DNA of 64,000 bases, from contig CM035362.1 in the NCBI GenBank assembly GCA_020137815.1, positions 310,001 to 374,000 on the forward strand. Reading direction: 5' to 3'. This DNA comes from Hormiphora californensis (lineage: Eukaryota > Animalia > Ctenophora). This document shows positions 58,345 through 64,000 of the stretch, in pieces. Within the stretch, counting starts at the first letter, position 1, and each line of letters opens with the position of its first letter. The notes under the pieces are model-generated. The model worked only from the letters and a program-made list of their open reading frames with translations. It did no database searches and was not told the origin of the DNA. A program made the position numbers and the translations under genes.

Positions 58345-59242
58345 ATCCTTCTTTATTTTTTTCTCTCGCTATCTCTCTCTAGCTCTCGCATGCTTTCCCT
58401 TTTTTCATTTTGCAACCAATCTCTCCTGTCAAATGTCCTATATAAATATTCTTTTCTTCTATAATAGTCGTCTCTCACTATCAACAAGTACCTTTACAAC
58501 TTCTAGCTCTCACTGGAAAGTCATGGGAAACTGGGAAACTGGGAAAAGTCAAATTAAGGCGGCCATGTCGAAGAGCCTTCAAATTGAACTTCAACACAAA
58601 GAGTTATGGTGACAGCAAGGAAAATGGGTAAGCTCCAAGGGGAACGCAATTATATAGTATCTGATCATTCTCTAACCCCCAAACAACAATAAGAGTGATC
58701 CATATGCGTGTAAGAGCTGTCTTTCCCTTCCTATATATGCCCTTATATCCCTAGGATACCTAAAATAAATAAACTCTTCTATATCGAGAGAAACGTCTAG
58801 ATCAAAAAGAGGTTTCCAAGATTAAATATGAATCAGAAATGAATCAGAAAGTTTCTAATTTAGTACTACTCACCATTAGTTTCTGAGAAATGTTAACTGG
58901 TGAGTGGTACTAAAAACTTCTACTAGAAGTCGTTTTAAAAAACCATCCTTCTAGTTCTAGAAGTTCTAGAACTAGAAGGATGGTTCTCGAAAACGACAAC
59001 CATTAAATGGTTTTCAAAGAACTCTTGTCCAATTACTTAATTACTTGATAAGCAACTTAGGAAATAAATCACGTAGAGATCGTCATGCATCACAATAAAA
59101 ATGGCCCATGGCCATATCCATTTAAAGTCCTTCTATCACTTGTCAAGCGGGGAAGCATTCATTTGCATTGTTCCGTGTTTAATCACGTGATACTAGACGT
59201 GGTGATGTACTCTACCTTTCTCTCTCTATCCCCCTCTCTCAC

Positions 59243-59322
<80 letters not shown>

Positions 59323-59339
59323 TCTCACTCTCTCTCTCA

Positions 59340-59417
<78 letters not shown>

Positions 59418-60098
59418 TCAATGACCAGCATTGTCCAGGTTTGGATTTGATTGCATGACGAAGCTTGTGTAACATGTATATACGTGTGCACTGCATGTCC
59501 GACGTGCACTATAGTTTTTAGTGGGCCGAGAACAAGTTATTTATCACAACACGGCGATCAGAGCACTGTTTCAGAGCTTGTAAGAGAGGGGCAGAGATCA
59601 GATCAGTTGTAGTTTTTAGAGATTTGTGTAGCTCATACTGCTTTGTGAGGGTTACTTCGGTAGATGAAGCAGAGATCGGAGCAGTATTTTAGAACAGAGC
59701 AATGTTTCGGAGCTTGTACTAGTGTACTACAAGCTTGAGTGAGAGGGGGGGGGGGGGTAGAGATCAGAGCTGGTTGTAGTTTTTAGAGATTTGTGTAGCT
59801 CATACTGCTTTGTGAGGGTCACTTCGGTAGAGCAAGCAGAGATCAGAGCAGTATTTTAGAACAGAGCAATGTTTCGGAGCTTGCACTACAAGCTTGAGTG
59901 AGAGGGGGGCAGATATCAGAGCAGTGTTTTAGAGTAGCTTGAGTAAGGGGGGCCCTTTATCTGATTAAAGCTTGTTTGATCTCTAAATAGTATGATAGTT
60001 GATTACACTTTCTCTCGATCGAGTTCTCTCAGACTCGTTCTCGCTCTTTCTTTTAGTCTATGAATATCTCTCTTCCTCTCTCTCTCTCTCTCTATCTC

Positions 60099-60186
<88 letters not shown>

Positions 60187-60188
60187 AT

Positions 60189-60270
<82 letters not shown>

Positions 60271-60841
60271 TGATCCAAGGTGTTCTCAAGGTGTGTATAA
60301 TGGGCTGCAATCCAATCACATGGGGAGGGATTGATATTATACACGAAGGTAGGGTATAACAACTGAAGGCTTGTTACATGCAACTATTGATTTCAATAAC
60401 ATCGGGTAACTTGTAGAAAAAAGAATAAAGCACATTCCTAACTTGGCTATGTTTTACACACATTATAAGAAGTCTCGGCGTTGGGCGTATATGACAGGTC
60501 TCGACTCTCTGGCTCCACTATTTCCCAATTCCAACTTACGTAAATTCTTCTTGTGCAAGAGCAGGGAGTGAGACATGTTTCTCTGCGCTTGGCAATCGAG
60601 TAAGTACCATACGAGACGGGCTAGTAACTCGAACACACTTCTTGCTCACTGTATTTCTCTGGATAGATTACCAATGGTAATACACCATACTGCTGTTGCC
60701 TAGATGTTGCGAAATCTTCCATTCCTGTCCCCGTTTTGATTTCTTCAAATCTAGATAATTAGCCGGGCAATAGGAATGTTTTTATTAAACCATAAAGACA
60801 TAATTTATATATCTAATAATAGCTCCGATTGATTGTGCAAC

Positions 60842-62041
60842 ATGCCGAGGGGAGAAGAGACGACGCGTGAGCAGCTAGCTGAGATATTCCACGAACTGCA
60901 AAACCTTCAGACGTACCACGGGAAAATAAAGCAAGCTCACGACAAGTATGTTGGATGCTTATCAATTTACTTACTTATCAATTTACTTAATTATCAATTT
61001 ACTTAATTATCAATTTACTTAATTATCAATTTACTTTTCAATTTACTTACTCTAGTTTTATTAGGTTATGAATTTACTTTGTTTCTATGTAATTTAATTA
61101 ATGACAATGCTTGATTACATTTAACTTATTTTCTAAGTAATTTGCTGTTGATTTTGTTTTTTGTCTAGATTGCAAGGTTTAATGAAGGAGCATCCAAGTG
61201 ATAAAACAGAGCTGGGTAATGTTGAAGAAAGTCAATTTGAGGCAATTCTGGCTGAGAAGGTGGCACCCTTCATGTACAGTTTCCCTGAACCACTGGGAGA
61301 CAGATATAGAGATGTTCAAGGTAATTTAAAACACAGGAGGAGAGCAAGAGCAGAATTGCCTTGCTCGACTCTGTCTCATCGCACCTTGATCAAAAGAAGG
61401 GCAGAACGAAGCACCCGGTTGAGTCCTGACACAAATGGGAATGAGCATTTTCTAAAAAACAACTGACCCAAGATTTATACAAACTGTAAAGAGTTTAAAA
61501 GAAGGTCGGTCTCAAAATAAAATCGCTTTTTATGGAGCTAAGGAGCTTGTTCTGTTCAAGCCCTTGTTATTTTTCAAACTATCCATCGCGGGTGCGGAAG
61601 TGAGACAGAGTCGAGCAAGGCAAATATGGAGCTATGAACTTTCAAACATCGCGAGACAAGGAAGCTATTTTGGGATTTCCGTTACGAAATTGAATGGCAC
61701 CATATGTCACATTTAAAAATAAAATATAAGATTCTCACTTTGAATTTGATGCCCATATTTGATAAAATTACTCAACCTACCAATGAGTTGTATTATAACG
61801 ATCGGTTCAGAAATAACTCAATAACTAACCTACTGGTGGCCTAAATTGTAATAACCGAATAAAGGCATTTTATTTGTAGAGTTTTCTAACTGAATTTATG
61901 TCTGTCAGGCCAATGCTCTGACAGATGTATCTCACCTTATTCAACAGGGTTGCTGGATAGCTTGAGTGGTGTTACAAGAGATAAAGAAACGTTTGATGAT
62001 ATGGAACGAACTATTAAACCACTGGAAGACAAGGGATACAG
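60842..62041 (+). CDS. 5' exons of an unknown helical protein continuing beyond the window
   Basis: MPRGEETTREQLAEIFHELQ..HDK | LQGLMKEH..DVQG | LLDSLSG..DKGYR, with canonical in-phase splice sites. Confidence 0.6.
61356..61623. mobile_element. Small MITE in an intron
   Basis: 23-bp TIR TTGCCTTGCTCGACTCTGTCTCA / TGAGACAGAGTCGAGCAAGGCAA. Confidence 0.6.
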
Positions 62042-62094
62042 GTTGGATTAGCTAAACTTCTTCTCCTTACTATTATGTGACTGGATTTGTTTAA

Positions 62095-64000
62095 CCCTTT
62101 AAGGACGAGAAGGATTGGCTCGATAGATTTTTCTAATTTTTCGTTTATAAGTAGATATTATTACCACAAACTACCTCGAAAAAGAAATTTGAAGTTTCGA
62201 CATGTAGTTTTTGCTGGGCCCACTGTGTCATATATGACTCTATCGTCCGTAAGGGAATTCTAGTAACAAATGTCATTTGTGCAAAAGTATGGGTCCAATA
62301 GTCAAATTTTATGCTTTGAGGCAGTCTATAGCTATAATTTCTACAATCTTGAACGGTTTTTACTAGAAAAATACCCCAAATTCTACATTTTGTATCATAT
62401 ATGACTCTATCGTCCCAATTGGTAAATTCTCCAAAAACATCCATAACTCGGGCTAGAAAAGGAGGTAAGAGTCAAATCAGGGCACTAAACTGTGTAGAAT
62501 CATCGCATTAGTGGGGGTAGAGCACATATTTAGGTCGCTATTTTGCCCCCTAATTGAGATAATTGGATAATTAGCCAATTATCTGTCCCGCGCATGCTAA
62601 TAAATGAAACTTTGCTTTGGGAAGGAGTTATGAGGCAAATGGGGGCACTAAAATGTGTAGAATCATCACATTAGTGGGGTTAGAGCACATATTTAGGTCT
62701 CTATCTGAACCGCTAATTGAGATAATTGGATAATTAGCTAATTAGTTACCCTCCAGCGCTAAAAAATTAAATTTGGCGGAGTATACAAGACAAATGGGGG
62801 CACTAAAATGTGTAAAATCGTCGCCTTAGTGGGGGCAGAGCACATAGCTGAGTTTCTATTCCCGCTCCTAATTGAGATAATTGGATAATTAGCTAATTGA
62901 CGGTTGCATAATGCCCCCTTTTCACCATATACCGTGGTTTTTGGCTAATCCTGAGCTCTTTTGTTCAATCTAAGGATCTTTTTGCATCCCTTTACCCCAT
63001 TTGCATCACCTTTGACTCGTTTTACACAATAATATAGCACTCTATACAACCCTAGACGCCGACTTCAGCTCTGTACAACCCCCTTGCTTCATCCTATTCC
63101 TAGCTAGACCTCTCATACACCATACTAAACGCCTTCTACAGATAATCTTTATTTCCGATGGAGTTCATGAGAAGTTTCCTTAGTGGCAAATGCAATGAGA
63201 TTGTGAGAGTGATGAGGAGAAATAATGTAGGGGGAATCTAAACTGTGTGTCCAATAATAAAATGGGAAACTGTAGTACATTAGGGGTTGAACGTCTTGTA
63301 GGAGCAATAGGATATCCCAAAAAAAATCGGTTAGGAAGGTGTATGAGAGGTCTAGGATTAAGCAAGAGGGTTCTAAAGAGCTGAAGGCGGTGTCTAGGGT
63401 TGTATAGAGTGCTATATTAGTGTGTAAAACGAGTCAAAGGTGATCCAAATGGGTAAAGGGATGCTAGAAGGGCCTTAGATTGAACAAAAGAGCTAAGGAT
63501 TAGCCAGAAACCACGGTTTATGGTGAAAAGGGGGCATTATGCAACCGTCAATTAGCTAATTATCCAATTATCTCAATTAAGAGCGGGAATAGAAACTCAG
63601 CTATGTGCTCTGCCCCCACTAAGGCGACGATTTTACACATTTTAGTGCCCCCATTTGTCTTGTATACTCCGCCAAATTTAATTTTTTTAGCGCTGGAGGG
63701 CAACTAATTAGCTAATTATCCAATTATCTCAATTAGGGGTCCAGATAGAGACCTAAATATGTGCTCTAACCCCACTAATGTGATGATTCTACACATTTTA
63801 GTGCCCCCATTTGCCTCATAACTCCTTCCCAAAGCAAAGTTTCATTTATTAGCATGCGCGGGACAGATAATTGGCTAATTATCCAATTATCTCAATTAGG
63901 GGGCAAGATAGCGACCTAAATATGTGCTCTACCCCCACTAATGCGATGATTCTACACAGTTTAGTGCCCTGATTTGACTCTTACCTCCTTTTCTAGCCCG
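62095..64000. mobile_element. piggyBac-type (TTAA|CCC) long foldback element, right end outside window
   Basis: TTAA then CCCTTTAAGGACGAG. About 62449-63130 is inverted relative to about 63310-64000. Confidence 0.65.

Noticed and set aside
60842-62041. Condensin CAP-G N-terminus
   Set aside because: Only a vague resemblance in the first helix; not supportable without a profile search.

Overview
This is eukaryotic animal DNA: short GT-AG introns, many microsatellites, and a 100-N scaffold gap at 36693-36792. The divergent intronless 7TM receptors, nested genes and compact layout suggest a ctenophore (inference only). I assembled about 12 gene models by hand from splice sites and reading phase. 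They are a 16-exon TRPC-like channel (+); two intronless rhodopsin-class GPCR paralogues (-); an orphan 9-exon gene (-); two gene fragments flanking the gap (one ending in a CaaX box); a secreted 20-Cys protein; a gustatory-receptor-like 7TM ion-channel gene (GrlHz-like) whose last intron holds one of the GPCRs on the same strand; a Tyr-motif type I membrane protein; a membrane-anchored purple-acid-phosphatase-like pseudoenzyme; a LAT-like transmembrane adaptor with five YxN motifs; and the 5' end of an unknown gene. Non-coding DNA is dense with foldback and MITE elements. Two stand out: a Transib-like element with CACAGTG ends, a 5-bp TSD and an 11-bp (12/23-like) end asymmetry, and a dispersed 23/70-bp micro-element with 8-bp TSDs. 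Gene models and family calls come from manual translation and remembered motifs, not database searches.
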